Part shown: positions 11,066 through 20,664 of the stretch, in pieces
How the letters are laid out: every line of letters starts with the position of its first letter
How positions within the stretch are numbered: the stretch's first letter is position 1
Source: Hyphomicrobiaceae bacterium
GTDB taxonomy: Bacteria; Pseudomonadota; Alphaproteobacteria; Rhizobiales; Hyphomicrobiaceae
Reading direction: 5' to 3'
NCBI GenBank assembly: GCA_031403055.1
Contig: JANNSW010000155.1
Span: 1 to 52,197, forward strand
DNA length: 52,197 bases
Notes under the pieces: generated by a model
What the model saw: the letters and a program-made list of their open reading frames with translations, nothing else
The model's database searches: none
Told to the model about the DNA's origin: nothing
Position numbers and translations under genes: made by a program

Positions 11066-11351
11066 TGCCCTTGCAGCTAGCGTGCTTGCCCGTTGCGGGG
11101 ACAGGCATGCCGGCCTTGCCGTAGCCCACGTCCCACCACGCCAAGCCTAGCGGCTTCTCGCCTTTGGCTCAACGGATCGACGTGACCAGAGACGCTGCCA
11201 AAATGGCGCGGCAACTGGCTGAACGGCTTCGACGGATCACTCTCCGGGCACTTTATGGCGCAATCGGGGCGCATCGGCCTCACTCTGTGGCGGGGATGCA
11301 ACAGTTCCAAAGCTTGACGCCGAAGCTGCGGCCGATCGCCGAAACAGCCCT

Positions 11352-11636
11352 TCATGACGCGAAAATCCAATTGAGATCGAGAGTGCCGTTGGCCGCCAGC
11401 AGGAAAGTGATCAGCAGCGCCACCACCCCCGCCAGCACGAGCACCCCGCCGAGCGCCCGGACCAGCCGCCAGACGATGAATGCCGCAAGACAGGCCGCAG
11501 CCGGCGCGAGCAGCGCCGTCCCGACCGGCATGGCGGCCGCCAAGCCGAAGTCCTGGGCCGCTATCGCCGGTTGCGTCATGATCATGAGCAACGGTGCCGC
11601 CGCGGCGAGCTCGGGCAGTTCTGGCGACTTACGCAT
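11352..11636 (-). CDS. Hypothetical small membrane protein (94 aa)
   Basis: Two to three hydrophobic segments (LLAPAAACLAAFIVWRLV, VLVLAGVVALLITFLLA). No family recognised. Confidence 0.4.
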   Translation of the reverse strand: MRKSPELPELAAAAPLLMIMTQPAIAAQDFGLAAAMPVGTALLAPAAACLAAFIVWRLVRALGGVLVLAGVVALLITFLLAANGTLDLNWIFAS

Positions 11637-11939
11637 TGCACAATCCGATGGTTGCAGGCGACGCGAGCTTGCCTCTGGCAGCAGGGTTCTAACGGGGCAC
11701 TTCGGCCAAGCCGGGGCTCGACTGGGGCAAATCAGGGGCGTGGTGGTGCCGCGATCGGGGCATTCGGGCGGCGACCGAGCCTGGCGCAGCGCCGGCCGGG
11801 CGTGGCTCTTCGATCGGCCTGAATTTGTTCGTGGGGTGAGGCTTCGCTGATCTTGCCGCCGTGGGGATGCTGGTAGCAGATGGAGTGCCGTGGGGTCAGC
11901 TGCGGCGACACCGCATCATGGCCATGAGGAGAGCTGCCG

Positions 11940-13094
11940 ATGACGGACACCACCGCGCCATCCGCGCCGCAAAGTACCAAGGAGCCGCTCGAGATCACCT
12001 GGTCGGGCTCGCCCTGGTCGTTTGCCGGTCTGGGCTTCGTCAATTTCCTGCTGTCGATCGTGACGCTGGGCATCTACGGCTTCTGGGGCCGAACCGAGGT
12101 CAGGCGCCGGCTCTGGTCGGCGGTGCGCGTCAATGGCGAGCCGCTCGAGTACACCGGCACCGGCAAGGAGTTGTTTCTCGGCTTTCTCATCGTGTTTTTC
12201 CTCATCCTGCTGCCGCTGTTCGGTGCCATTTTCGGGGCGCCGTTCCTGCTCGCCTGGCTGCTCGGTCCCGACGTGGCGGTGATTGTCGCGCCGATCATCG
12301 TCGCTGTCGGCTTCATCCTGTTCTACTGGCTGATCGGGGTCGCAGTTTACCGCGCCTATCGCTATCGGCTGTCGCGCACGCGCTGGCGCGGGATCAGGGG
12401 CGCGCTCGTCGGCTCGCCCGTGTCCTATTCCTGGCATTATTTCTGGACACTGATCCTGCTGCCGTTCACGCTCGGCTGGATCCTGCCTTGGCGCTCCAAC
12501 ATGCTCGCCCGTCACATGACGAACGACATGCGCTTCGGCGAAAGCGCCTTTCGCTATACCGGCAAGGCCGGGCCACTCTATCCACCGTTCGTGATGGCCT
12601 GGATCGGCGCGTTTGCGGCCCTGGGCATCTACATGGGTGGCATCATGCTCGTGCTCTGGCCGAAAATGCAGCGGCAGATGGAGCAGCAGGCGGCCGGCGG
12701 CGAGACGCTTCCGCCGGAGCCTATGACGTTGTTCGAGGGTGTGACGATCGGTGGCTCCATCGCTCTGGCATTGCTCGTCGGCCTGCTCGCGGCGGGTCTC
12801 TACATGTCGCGCGTGGCCAATCACATCGCCAACCACACGGCTATCGCGGATGCGCGCTTCAAGCTCGAGACGAGGTCGGGCGGCCTGATCTGGCAGATGA
12901 TCAGCAATTATCTGATCATTCTGCTCTCGCTGACGATCCTCACACCCGTCGCGCAAGCGCGTTTTCTCAAGTACATGGTCGACCGGCTGAAAGTCGAGGG
13001 TACGATCGACCCGGCAGCGATCGCCCAGAGCAAGGCGGCTCTCGACAAGCGCGGCGAGGGCATGGCGACCGCCTTCGATTTGGATGCGTTCTGA
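11940..13094 (+). CDS. YjgN/DUF898 family inner-membrane protein
   Basis: 384 aa, polytopic; FAGLGFVNFLLSIVTLGIYGFWGRTEVRRRLWS...G..LEYTGTG repeated in the second half (FRYTGKAG), as in DUF898. Confidence 0.75.
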   Translation: MTDTTAPSAPQSTKEPLEITWSGSPWSFAGLGFVNFLLSIVTLGIYGFWGRTEVRRRLWSAVRVNGEPLEYTGTGKELFLGFLIVFFLILLPLFGAIFGAPFLLAWLLGPDVAVIVAPIIVAVGFILFYWLIGVAVYRAYRYRLSRTRWRGIRGALVGSPVSYSWHYFWTLILLPFTLGWILPWRSNMLARHMTNDMRFGESAFRYTGKAGPLYPPFVMAWIGAFAALGIYMGGIMLVLWPKMQRQMEQQAAGGETLPPEPMTLFEGVTIGGSIALALLVGLLAAGLYMSRVANHIANHTAIADARFKLETRSGGLIWQMISNYLIILLSLTILTPVAQARFLKYMVDRLKVEGTIDPAAIAQSKAALDKRGEGMATAFDLDAF

Positions 13095-13104
13095 GGAGCC
13101 AGCG

Positions 13105-14196
13105 ATGAGGATCGAGTTCGACGGGCGGCACAGCGACGGCCAGACGGCCGGTGTCCGGCCGGTGCAGGTGAGATTGGATCGTGCGGTCGAGATCCGCGGC
13201 GCTGGCGCCGGGGAGCCGGTGCTCTGGGCGTTTCACCGCCTCGGCTCCGCCGTGCCGGTCGCACTCGCGCACCCCGACGTCTTGCTGACCTCCCTCGATC
13301 ATGCGGGCGAGACGCTGTTCGTCCGGGATCCTGCCTTTGCGGCGGCGGTTCTCGCCAAGGCGCCTCAACTCTCGGCTCGATCCCAGCGCTGGCGCTTCGC
13401 CCGCCCGATGATCTACGTCGCCGCCGTGTTGACGGCACTCGGCGGGCTCATCTACGCGCTCGATCTGTCGCCTGCGCGCACACTCGCCCAGCTGATCCCC
13501 AAGGAGGCGCGTGAGGCGTTCGGCCGGCAGGCATTGGCTGCCTTCACGGTGGGCCACGCCAAATGCCAGGTGCCCGAAGGCGTAGCCGCGCTCGCCCGGC
13601 TCGAACGCGTGCTCGAGGACGCCGCCGGCCCTGGCAGCGATTTCAGCCTGCAGGTCGTCGACTGGGAAATGGTCAACGCCTTCGCGCTGCCGGGCGAGCA
13701 GATCGTGCTGTTGCGCGGGCTGATCAATGCAGCCAGCACGCCTGACGAGGTTGCCGGCGTGCTGGCCCATGAGATGGGCCACGGCATCGAGCTCGATCCC
13801 GAAGCCGGCATCATTCGGGCGCTCGGCATCTCGGCGGGTTTTGCGCTGGTGTTCGGCGGCAGCGGCAGTGTCAGCGATTGGGGCGCGTATATGCTGCAGC
13901 TGAGCTATACGCGAGGAGCAGAGCGGCGGGCCGACGAGCATTCGCTGCGGATCCTCAAAGCCGCGGGCATCTCGCCCAAGGGCATCGCCGATTTCTTCGA
14001 TCGCCTCGCCAAGCAGGAAGGGCCAGGCGAGGAAGCCACGACCAGCAAATCGGGCAATGGCGTCAGCAGCATTTTCTCGACCCATCCCGCCAGTCAGGAA
14101 CGAGCGCGCAATGCGGCCGACGCGGCCACCTATGCGGGCAGGCCGGCGCTGTCGGCAGCCGACTGGACGGCGTTGAAGGGCATCTGCGGCGGCTGA
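13105..14196 (+). CDS. M48 family zinc metallopeptidase
   Basis: HEMGHGIE (HExxH) preceded by NAFALPG. GAGGAG 7 nt upstream of ATG 13105; the track ORF starts at 13084, overlapping the end of DUF898. Confidence 0.8.
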   Translation: MRIEFDGRHSDGQTAGVRPVQVRLDRAVEIRGAGAGEPVLWAFHRLGSAVPVALAHPDVLLTSLDHAGETLFVRDPAFAAAVLAKAPQLSARSQRWRFARPMIYVAAVLTALGGLIYALDLSPARTLAQLIPKEAREAFGRQALAAFTVGHAKCQVPEGVAALARLERVLEDAAGPGSDFSLQVVDWEMVNAFALPGEQIVLLRGLINAASTPDEVAGVLAHEMGHGIELDPEAGIIRALGISAGFALVFGGSGSVSDWGAYMLQLSYTRGAERRADEHSLRILKAAGISPKGIADFFDRLAKQEGPGEEATTSKSGNGVSSIFSTHPASQERARNAADAATYAGRPALSAADWTALKGICGG

Positions 14197-14317
14197 GCCG
14201 GAGGCCCACGCCGCTCGGGTGTTACTTACGTAGGCGAGCCTTCTGTCGCGTCACACTGCGACCCCATTTTCCGGGCACGTCCGGGGCTATCTTGGTTCGT
14301 CGCAGGGAGACGGCGGT

Positions 14318-14926
14318 ATGTGGCGGTTGCTGAGCCCGGCCTTTCTGCCAGTGCTGTTGGCCGTCGCGCTCTATCTGGTCTCGCCCTTGCTTGCAGCCCA
14401 ACTGCTACAGCGCGCGATCGCACAGCGCGATCTTGCACGCATCGAATCCAAGGTCGATTGGTCCACGCTGCGAGCCTCGCTGAAGCGCTCGATCAATTCC
14501 CGATTGGGGGAAGCCGCGGCCCATCGCCCGGCGCAACGCTCGCTGGTCCAGCGCATCAGCTACAAGCTCCAGGACTCGTTTGCGCCCGGCATGGTCGAGC
14601 GCATGATCGAGCGCGAGGCGACACCCGCCGGTTTCGTCAGGTATTTTGCCGCCCCCGTCGCCAAACCCGCGTCGATCTGGGGCCGGGTGAGCGTGCGCCG
14701 CTCCGTGATCGCGGGAGCTGCCAGCCCGGCCGCCGCCGCGTCGAGCCAGGCGATGCTCGGCCGCATCCGCAATCCCCGGTTCCAGACGCCGCTCCGGTTC
14801 GCCTTCGAGGTCGCCGATCGTCAGGATGCCGGCCGGATCTATCACGTCGAGTTTCACCTCGGTGCCAGCTTCTGGAAGCTTGCTCGGGTCGAAGTGCTGA
14901 CGCTCGGCAATGGGCTCACGAAGTAG
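14318..14926 (+). CDS. DUF2939-like protein with N-terminal membrane anchor
   Basis: 202 aa; MWRLLSPAFLPVLLAVALYLVSPLLAAQLLQRAIAQRDLARIESKVDW resembles the DUF2939 N-terminus (assigned from memory). Confidence 0.5.
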   Translation: MWRLLSPAFLPVLLAVALYLVSPLLAAQLLQRAIAQRDLARIESKVDWSTLRASLKRSINSRLGEAAAHRPAQRSLVQRISYKLQDSFAPGMVERMIEREATPAGFVRYFAAPVAKPASIWGRVSVRRSVIAGAASPAAAASSQAMLGRIRNPRFQTPLRFAFEVADRQDAGRIYHVEFHLGASFWKLARVEVLTLGNGLTK

Positions 14927-14944
14927 GCAGGCCGGCGACTGGCC

Positions 14945-15631
14945 TCAGGTCGGGCTACCGCCGCTGGCGTCGGCCTCCCGACGTTTGTCGATGCCCCGCG
15001 AGATGGCAGCCTTCACCATGTCGAGGTCGCGCAGGTGGATATCGTGCTGGTCGTGAACCTGGCCGATGCCTGCCGAGGCCAGCACGTCGAGCGCTCTGAG
15101 CCGCAACTCGGTTTGCACGCTCTCGCTGCTTGCCCCATGTCCCACGGCTGCGGCAAGCACCAATTCGAGCGCACTCGCTCCCGCCTCGCCGGCGAGCACG
15201 TGCGGCGCGGGCTCGACGAGCAGACCCGGCAGGTCGACGAACACCTGATGCAGCAAGTGGCGGACACGGCGCACATCGGCCGCAAGCGGAATTCGCACCC
15301 GCGCCTCGATCCGCCGCACGGCGCCGGGCCGGCTCAGATTGCCGATCGGACCCGCGAGAAGCATGGCATTGGGGATGGCGACGAGTGTGCGGTCATCGGT
15401 CTCGACGTAGGTTGCCCGCAGCCCCAAGCGCCGCACCACGCCTTCACAGCCAGCTGCGGCGATCCGCTCGCCCACCGTGACCGGCCTTCCCAACTGCAGC
15501 GCCAACCCAGCGCCCAGATCGGCGATGAAGCGGCTCCAGATCAGCCTGATGCCGAGCGCGACCGCTAGAATCGCGAGCACGACCGTCGCGCCAGCCCATG
15601 CCATCTGGCCGTTCGGCATCAGCAACTCCAT
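14945..15631 (-). CDS. Small mechanosensitive-channel (MscS beta-domain)-like protein
   Basis: 228 aa. One N-terminal TM segment, then LQLGRPVTVGERI..GCEGVVRRLGLRATYVETDDRTLVAIPNAMLL typical of the MscS-family middle domain. Confidence 0.6.
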   Translation of the reverse strand: MELLMPNGQMAWAGATVVLAILAVALGIRLIWSRFIADLGAGLALQLGRPVTVGERIAAAGCEGVVRRLGLRATYVETDDRTLVAIPNAMLLAGPIGNLSRPGAVRRIEARVRIPLAADVRRVRHLLHQVFVDLPGLLVEPAPHVLAGEAGASALELVLAAAVGHGASSESVQTELRLRALDVLASAGIGQVHDQHDIHLRDLDMVKAAISRGIDKRREADASGGSPT

Positions 15632-15664
15632 CGCTCGAGGAGCATGCGCGGCCTCTCCCCAGCG

Positions 15665-16045
15665 CTATTGATCGAGCGAGGGGTGCTGCGTGCGCTGGCG
15701 GATACGGCCAAAAGCGGTCGGCTGCGCCGGGTCGGCGGCCGGCTCGGGCGTGGGCGCGGCTTGGCGCGGCTCATAGGCCTGCCGCCTCGGCGCCTGGATA
15801 CCCTGCTCGATCACCACATCGATCGGTCCCCCGGTCATCACCAGATGCTCGACGCCGTCGCGGTAGATCAGCAGCAGCTTGCGCCGGCCGTCGATCGAAG
15901 CCGTCTCGCTGACGCCGATGCGCCGCTCGCGGCTGCCCCCGAACAGGCCGGCTCCGCCGCCCTCCCCCGTCAGATAGCCACGCAGGAACCAAGCGCCGGC
16001 GCCCAGCAGCGCAAGGATGATGAGAAATGCGAAAAACCACTCCAT
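15665..16045 (-). CDS. FliO-like single-pass membrane protein
   Basis: 126 aa. N-terminal TM segment (FFAFLIILALLGAGAWFL), then RRIGVSETASIDGRRKLLLIYRDGVEHLVMTGGP, which matches the FliO-type pattern. Pro/Ala-rich tail. Confidence 0.4.
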   Translation of the reverse strand: MEWFFAFLIILALLGAGAWFLRGYLTGEGGGAGLFGGSRERRIGVSETASIDGRRKLLLIYRDGVEHLVMTGGPIDVVIEQGIQAPRRQAYEPRQAAPTPEPAADPAQPTAFGRIRQRTQHPSLDQ

Positions 16046-16301
16046 GGCGTTCTGAGCCCCAGCCCGAGTTGATGGATGCCGTCGTGTGGACGCGCGACTA
16101 CGCTCCTATAGCGCTTATTTCACTCCGTTTTAACCCTGATGCGACAACCTCGGCAGACCTGTGGTTCCAATGCCATGACCCCACGGTGTGACGTCATGGC
16201 GGACAGGTCGCCCGGTGACGTGGGCTTCGAGGTCGGGCGCAAGCCCCTTCCAGGCTCGCCCGTTCACCATTCGCCTAGCCGAATCAGTTAAGTAGAGTGC
16301 C

Positions 16302-18854
16302 ATGAGTGATCGACAGGCGCATGTGACGGCAACGCCACGCACCCTCGCTGCCGTGCGCGAGGGAATAGCGGGCTTCCTGGTCCTGGTCTCGACGGCTGCA
16401 GCTGTCGCCATTGCCGCGATTGCCATGCTGGCGCGCGAGACCGGTGAGCCGGTGATTCTGCTGTTGCTCGGCATCCTCGCCGTGTTCGGAGCCTTCTTCC
16501 TGCTAGCGGCGAGCGTCGGCCTCGTCCGCATCGATGGTGCCCAGCATCAGGACCTGCTGCTCGCCGGCTATCTGGAGGCGACCGGGGAGACGGTCGAGAT
16601 CCGCAACCGGGAAGGAGCCATGCTGGAGCGGGGAAGCGGTCTCGTGCGGCTGCTCGATGAGTTGGGGGCACCGCCAGATTCAGCACTCGAGGAAGTGCTG
16701 GAGGGGCTCGGCGGCTCGCACGAAGCGATCTATCGGCTGGTGCGGGCGGCCGGCGCTGGCGAGGCACACTCTGAGGAAATGGAGCTGCCTTTGGCCGGGC
16801 CGGAATGTGGTGGGCCAGCCACAGTTGCGGTTTCGGTGACACCACTGGGAGATGGGCAGACGCTGGTGTGGCGGTTGAGGATTGCCGCTGCTGTCGCTTC
16901 GGACGAGCCAGACCTTGAAAAAGCAACCGTGGCGGCTCGACTGCTCGACCAATTGCCCGTGGGTATCCTGCAGTTCGGGCCCGACGGGGGGATCAGCTTC
17001 CTCAACAGGGCGCTCGGCGACTGGTCGCGGGTCGAGCCTGGCAAACTCAGCGACGGCCTCACGCTTGCCGATCTGTTGGGCGCCGAGGCTGCCGAGAGAT
17101 TGCTCGATCTGCATGCCGGAGGGGACCGCCCGCCTGCGGTCCTCGAGCTGAGTGCCGATCTGCTGTCGGCCGGCAAGGCTCATGTTCCCGTTGCGATCCT
17201 CGCGAGTGCTCCGGTGGCGGACGGTGGGCAGGCCATGGCCATCGTGATGGCACGCGTTGCCGAGGATCACGCGGTTGTGGTGGCCCACGCTGCTCCGCTT
17301 GCGGCCCCGATTGATGGCGACGCCCGCTTCGCGCGCTTCTTCGAGGCCGCCCCGATTGCGATCGCAACCGTCCACCGCGACGGTCGTGTCGCCAGTGCCA
17401 ATGCCGAGTTCGATCGGATGTTCGAGCGGCCGCAGGGTCGTGCCGGACGCAAGGTCTCGCTGCTCGATCTGGTCAGCGCGGACAGCCGCGACGAGGTCCG
17501 CGCATTGCTGTCGCGCGATCGCGCGCCTGATGCCGGTACGGAGTCGCTGGACCCCGCCCACGCCCCCATCGACATCATGTTCGGTGGTGGAAAGTCGTCG
17601 GGCCGGCTCTATGTCGGCAGCGCCGTCACGGATGCGGGCGAAGCTCCCCAGATTGTCGTCTATGCGATCAACACGACAAAGCAGAAGGAGCTGGAGCTGC
17701 AGTTCGCCCAGAGCCAGAAGATGCAGGCAATCGGGCAGCTCGCGGGCGGCATCGCGCACGACTTCAACAACGTGCTGACGGTGATCTTCACCGCCTGTGA
17801 TCTGCTGCTGCTCAGCCATCGCTCGAGCGATCCCGCCTTCCGTGACATCATCGCCATCAAGCAGAATGCCAATCGCGCGGCAGGACTGGTGCGCCAGCTG
17901 CTCGCCTTTTCCCGCCGGCAGACGCTGCGCCCCGAGGTGCTGTCGCTGAACGACGTGGTGAGCGATCTGAACGTGTTCCTGTCGCGGCTGCTGGGTGAGA
18001 AGACGAAGCTGAAGGTCAGTCACGGCCGCGACCTCTGGATGGTGAAAGCGGACGTCACGCAGTTCGAGCAGGTGATCATCAATCTGGCGGTCAACGCACG
18101 CGATGCCATGCCGAGCGGTGGTCGGCTTTCGATCCGGACCACCAACATCGGCAACGAGGAGGTCCAGACCCTCGACGACAAGGGGATGGAGCCGGCCGAC
18201 TATGTCCTGTGCGAGGTGTCCGATACCGGCAGTGGCATGAGCGCTGAAGTCCTCGAGAAGATATTCGAGCCGTTCTTCTCGACCAAGGAGGTCGGCAAGG
18301 GGACTGGGCTCGGGCTCTCGACCGTCTACGGCATCGTCAAGCAGACCGGCGGCTACATCTACGTCGATTCAGTTCCCGGCAAAGGCACCACTTTCCGGAT
18401 CTACCTGCCGCGTCACCTTCAGGGCGCCGTAGCCCAGGCCCAGCCGGTGCGCGGCGAGAAGAAGGACCGTCCACGCGACCTGACCGGCACCGGCACGGTG
18501 CTGCTGGTCGAGGACGAGGAAGCCGTACGCCGCTTTGCTGGCCTTGCGCTGAAGCGCCAGGGCTACCAGGTGCTGGAAGCGGGGACCGGGGTCGAGGCGC
18601 TCGAGGTGATGGAGCGCAACCAGGGACGCATCAATCTCGTCGTCAGTGATATCGTCATGCCGGAAATGGACGGTCCGACGATGCTGAAGGAGCTGCGCAA
18701 GCGCAATCCGACGCTGAAGATCATCTTCATCTCGGGTTATGCGGAGGATGCGCTCAAGAGCCTCGATGAGGGCGAGGAATTCGCCTTCCTGCCAAAGCCC
18801 TTCCAGTTGAAGGACCTCGTGCAGAAGGTGAAGGAGACGCTGGAGGAGGCGTGA
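16302..18854 (+). CDS. cckA: Hybrid sensor histidine kinase/response regulator, CckA-like cell-cycle kinase
   Basis: 850 aa. Two N-terminal TM segments, PAS regions, H-box KMQAIGQLAGGIAHDFNNVLTVI, LVRQLLAFSRRQTLRP, HATPase GTGLGLSTVYGIV, C-terminal receiver VLLVEDEEAVR...DIVMPEMDG. Confidence 0.75.
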   Translation: MSDRQAHVTATPRTLAAVREGIAGFLVLVSTAAAVAIAAIAMLARETGEPVILLLLGILAVFGAFFLLAASVGLVRIDGAQHQDLLLAGYLEATGETVEIRNREGAMLERGSGLVRLLDELGAPPDSALEEVLEGLGGSHEAIYRLVRAAGAGEAHSEEMELPLAGPECGGPATVAVSVTPLGDGQTLVWRLRIAAAVASDEPDLEKATVAARLLDQLPVGILQFGPDGGISFLNRALGDWSRVEPGKLSDGLTLADLLGAEAAERLLDLHAGGDRPPAVLELSADLLSAGKAHVPVAILASAPVADGGQAMAIVMARVAEDHAVVVAHAAPLAAPIDGDARFARFFEAAPIAIATVHRDGRVASANAEFDRMFERPQGRAGRKVSLLDLVSADSRDEVRALLSRDRAPDAGTESLDPAHAPIDIMFGGGKSSGRLYVGSAVTDAGEAPQIVVYAINTTKQKELELQFAQSQKMQAIGQLAGGIAHDFNNVLTVIFTACDLLLLSHRSSDPAFRDIIAIKQNANRAAGLVRQLLAFSRRQTLRPEVLSLNDVVSDLNVFLSRLLGEKTKLKVSHGRDLWMVKADVTQFEQVIINLAVNARDAMPSGGRLSIRTTNIGNEEVQTLDDKGMEPADYVLCEVSDTGSGMSAEVLEKIFEPFFSTKEVGKGTGLGLSTVYGIVKQTGGYIYVDSVPGKGTTFRIYLPRHLQGAVAQAQPVRGEKKDRPRDLTGTGTVLLVEDEEAVRRFAGLALKRQGYQVLEAGTGVEALEVMERNQGRINLVVSDIVMPEMDGPTMLKELRKRNPTLKIIFISGYAEDALKSLDEGEEFAFLPKPFQLKDLVQKVKETLEEA

Positions 18855-18871
18855 GGCGAATTTCGCTGAAG

Positions 18872-18891
18872 GGGCGACTGGCAGGTCGCCC
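18872..18891. terminator. 7-bp stem / 6-nt loop hairpin between convergent cckA and the 18950 gene
   Basis: GGGCGAC-TGGCAG-GTCGCCC read directly. No clear U-tract on either strand. Confidence 0.3.
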
Positions 18892-18949
18892 GTCGCGGCG
18901 CGAAGCCCATTGGGCGAGCTGCCGCTCGTCCCTACTCCAGTGTCGCGGC

Positions 18950-19789
18950 TCAGAGCCGGCGCAGCACCCGGCCGGTCTCGCGCAGGATGTGGCCGTCGCC
19001 GTCGTTCAGATCGATGGTGAGCACCGTGAGGCCGCGCCCGCGCTTGACGTCGCCGCCGCGCCGCACGTCGAAGTCATACTCGAAGGCAACATCATAGACA
19101 GCTCCTGGAACCCCGCTGCGCTCGAGCCGGCGGATGTCGAGCGTGCCCTCGATCAGCTTGAAAGTGCGGTCGGGCCAGCGCTTGTAATAGCTGAGCTTGT
19201 CGCGGACGATCTCGGTGGCAGCCACGTCGTCGCGACCGAAGTAATGCACGGCAGGGGCATAGAGCAGTTGGATCTGCTCTGCGTCCACATCCTCGCCACT
19301 CAGATAGAAGTCGCGCACGAACCGCTCGATCTGGTCATCGATCGCTGCTGGCGTGACGGCAGAGATCGCGCGCGGAGTCACAGCGCCCTCGATCGGGTTG
19401 AGCTCGGCCCCGACCAGGACAGCGTCGCCCGTGTGCACGCTCTCGACCGGGTGCTCGAAGCGGCCGCGCACCTCGACCTCGGCTCCGAGCAACTCACCGA
19501 GCTCGAGACTTTCCGAGGGGACCGCCAGCACCAGCTCGATGCTGCGCACGTCCTCGATCCGCTCAGGCTCCTGGCTATCGGCACCCTCGCCCGGGTCGAT
19601 CTCGACGCAGAACGCGGTTTTCAGCGCGACATGGAAGCTCGCCACCAATTGGCCGGTCTGGTCGGTCGTGCGCACCTCGCGCAGCTCCCCGCTCACCGGC
19701 TCGCCACTGCGCACGCACGCAGCCTCGGCGGCAGCACACCAAGCGATTGCACCGGCCGCGACGACCGGCAACACCATCAGACGCAACAT
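18950..19789 (-). CDS. Secreted hypothetical protein
   Basis: Start taken at the internal ATG giving MLRLMVLPVVAAGAIAWCAAAEA (signal peptide). Two-domain protein; family not recognised with confidence. Confidence 0.55.
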   Translation of the reverse strand: MLRLMVLPVVAAGAIAWCAAAEAACVRSGEPVSGELREVRTTDQTGQLVASFHVALKTAFCVEIDPGEGADSQEPERIEDVRSIELVLAVPSESLELGELLGAEVEVRGRFEHPVESVHTGDAVLVGAELNPIEGAVTPRAISAVTPAAIDDQIERFVRDFYLSGEDVDAEQIQLLYAPAVHYFGRDDVAATEIVRDKLSYYKRWPDRTFKLIEGTLDIRRLERSGVPGAVYDVAFEYDFDVRRGGDVKRGRGLTVLTIDLNDGDGHILRETGRVLRRL

Positions 19790-20069
19790 GTGGCACCCTC
19801 GATGAGGACGACGAAGGCCCCGGGCTCGATCCGACCCGACGATAGCACGCGACGCGGAGTCGATGGGAGTCCCAATCGGTGCTGGTGCCAAGCGGCCAAC
19901 AGAGCGGGGTTGGACTGTGGTCTGGTCCGCAGGGTCGAAGGGACACGGCAGGGAGCTTGATCCGGAGGCGATAGGGGCTCGAACATTTCTTGGACGGCCC
20001 TTGAATGCAGTGCTTGCCGCGTATTTCGCCCCCTGGCTCGATCACCTCGCGCGTGGTAGCTTGAGCAGC

Positions 20070-20339
20070 ATGCAGCCGAGGACACATCGTGTGAACAGAA
20101 CCCATACCTATACGATCATTCTGGAGCCCGACGAGGACGGCGGCTTCGTCGTGCACGTGCCCGCGCTGCCGGAGGTCTGCACCCAGGGCGACACCGAGGA
20201 TGAAGCCCTCGCCATGGCCAAGGAAGCGATCGAGCTTGCGATCGAGCATCGCCTCGCCGAAGGCGAGGACGTTCCCGCCGAGCTGCAACCTCAACTACGC
20301 CGCGTCACCATCACCCTTCCAGCGCCCTCGAATCCATGA
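20070..20339 (+). CDS. hicB: HicB-family antitoxin (UPF0150 fold), short form
   Basis: YTIILEPDEDGGFVVHVPALPEVCTQGDTEDEALAMAKEAIELAIE. Start ATG 20070 or GTG 20091. The stop overlaps the hicA ATG (ATGA). Confidence 0.8.
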   Translation: MQPRTHRVNRTHTYTIILEPDEDGGFVVHVPALPEVCTQGDTEDEALAMAKEAIELAIEHRLAEGEDVPAELQPQLRRVTITLPAPSNP

Positions 20340-20569
20340 GACCTGCACTGCGCGGTCGCAGCGGACGAGCGGTCGTGCGCGCGCTCGAGCGCGCCGGCTT
20401 CGTCGTCAAACGCATCAAGGGCAGTCACCATATTCTCGCACATCCCGACGATCCCACCCGCCGCACCATCGTCCCAGTGCACGCGAGCAAGCCCGTCAAA
20501 CCCGGAACCATGCGCGCTATCTTGAAACAAGCCCGCCTCACCGAGGACGAGCTCGAGTTGCTGCTCTAA
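20336..20569 (+). CDS. hicA: HicA-family mRNA interferase toxin
   Basis: 77 aa; RAVVRALERAGFVVKRIKGSHHILAHPDDPTRRTIVPVH...KPGTMRAILKQARLT, the typical YcfA/HicA pattern. Confidence 0.85.
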   Translation: MRPALRGRSGRAVVRALERAGFVVKRIKGSHHILAHPDDPTRRTIVPVHASKPVKPGTMRAILKQARLTEDELELLL

Positions 20570-20664
20570 ACAGGCTATCACCGTTCTGACCATGTTTCCG
20601 CCGGATTGGCGCATCAATGGTCGAGGTGCCGCAATCAGGCCACGGCCAAAACCAGGAGACGGGG

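Noticed and set aside
9227-11080. 617-aa plus-strand ORF
   Set aside because: Antisense to ilvD, whose product has clear family motifs. This is typical high-GC shadow-ORF composition (Arg/Ala/Gly/His-rich).
16130-16135. TTAACC half-site in the cckA upstream region as a CtrA box
   Set aside because: No second TTAA half-site at the N7 spacing. A single half-site is not evidence.
16680-18023. 447-aa minus-strand ORF
   Set aside because: Antisense to the cckA-like kinase. No motifs and arginine-rich.
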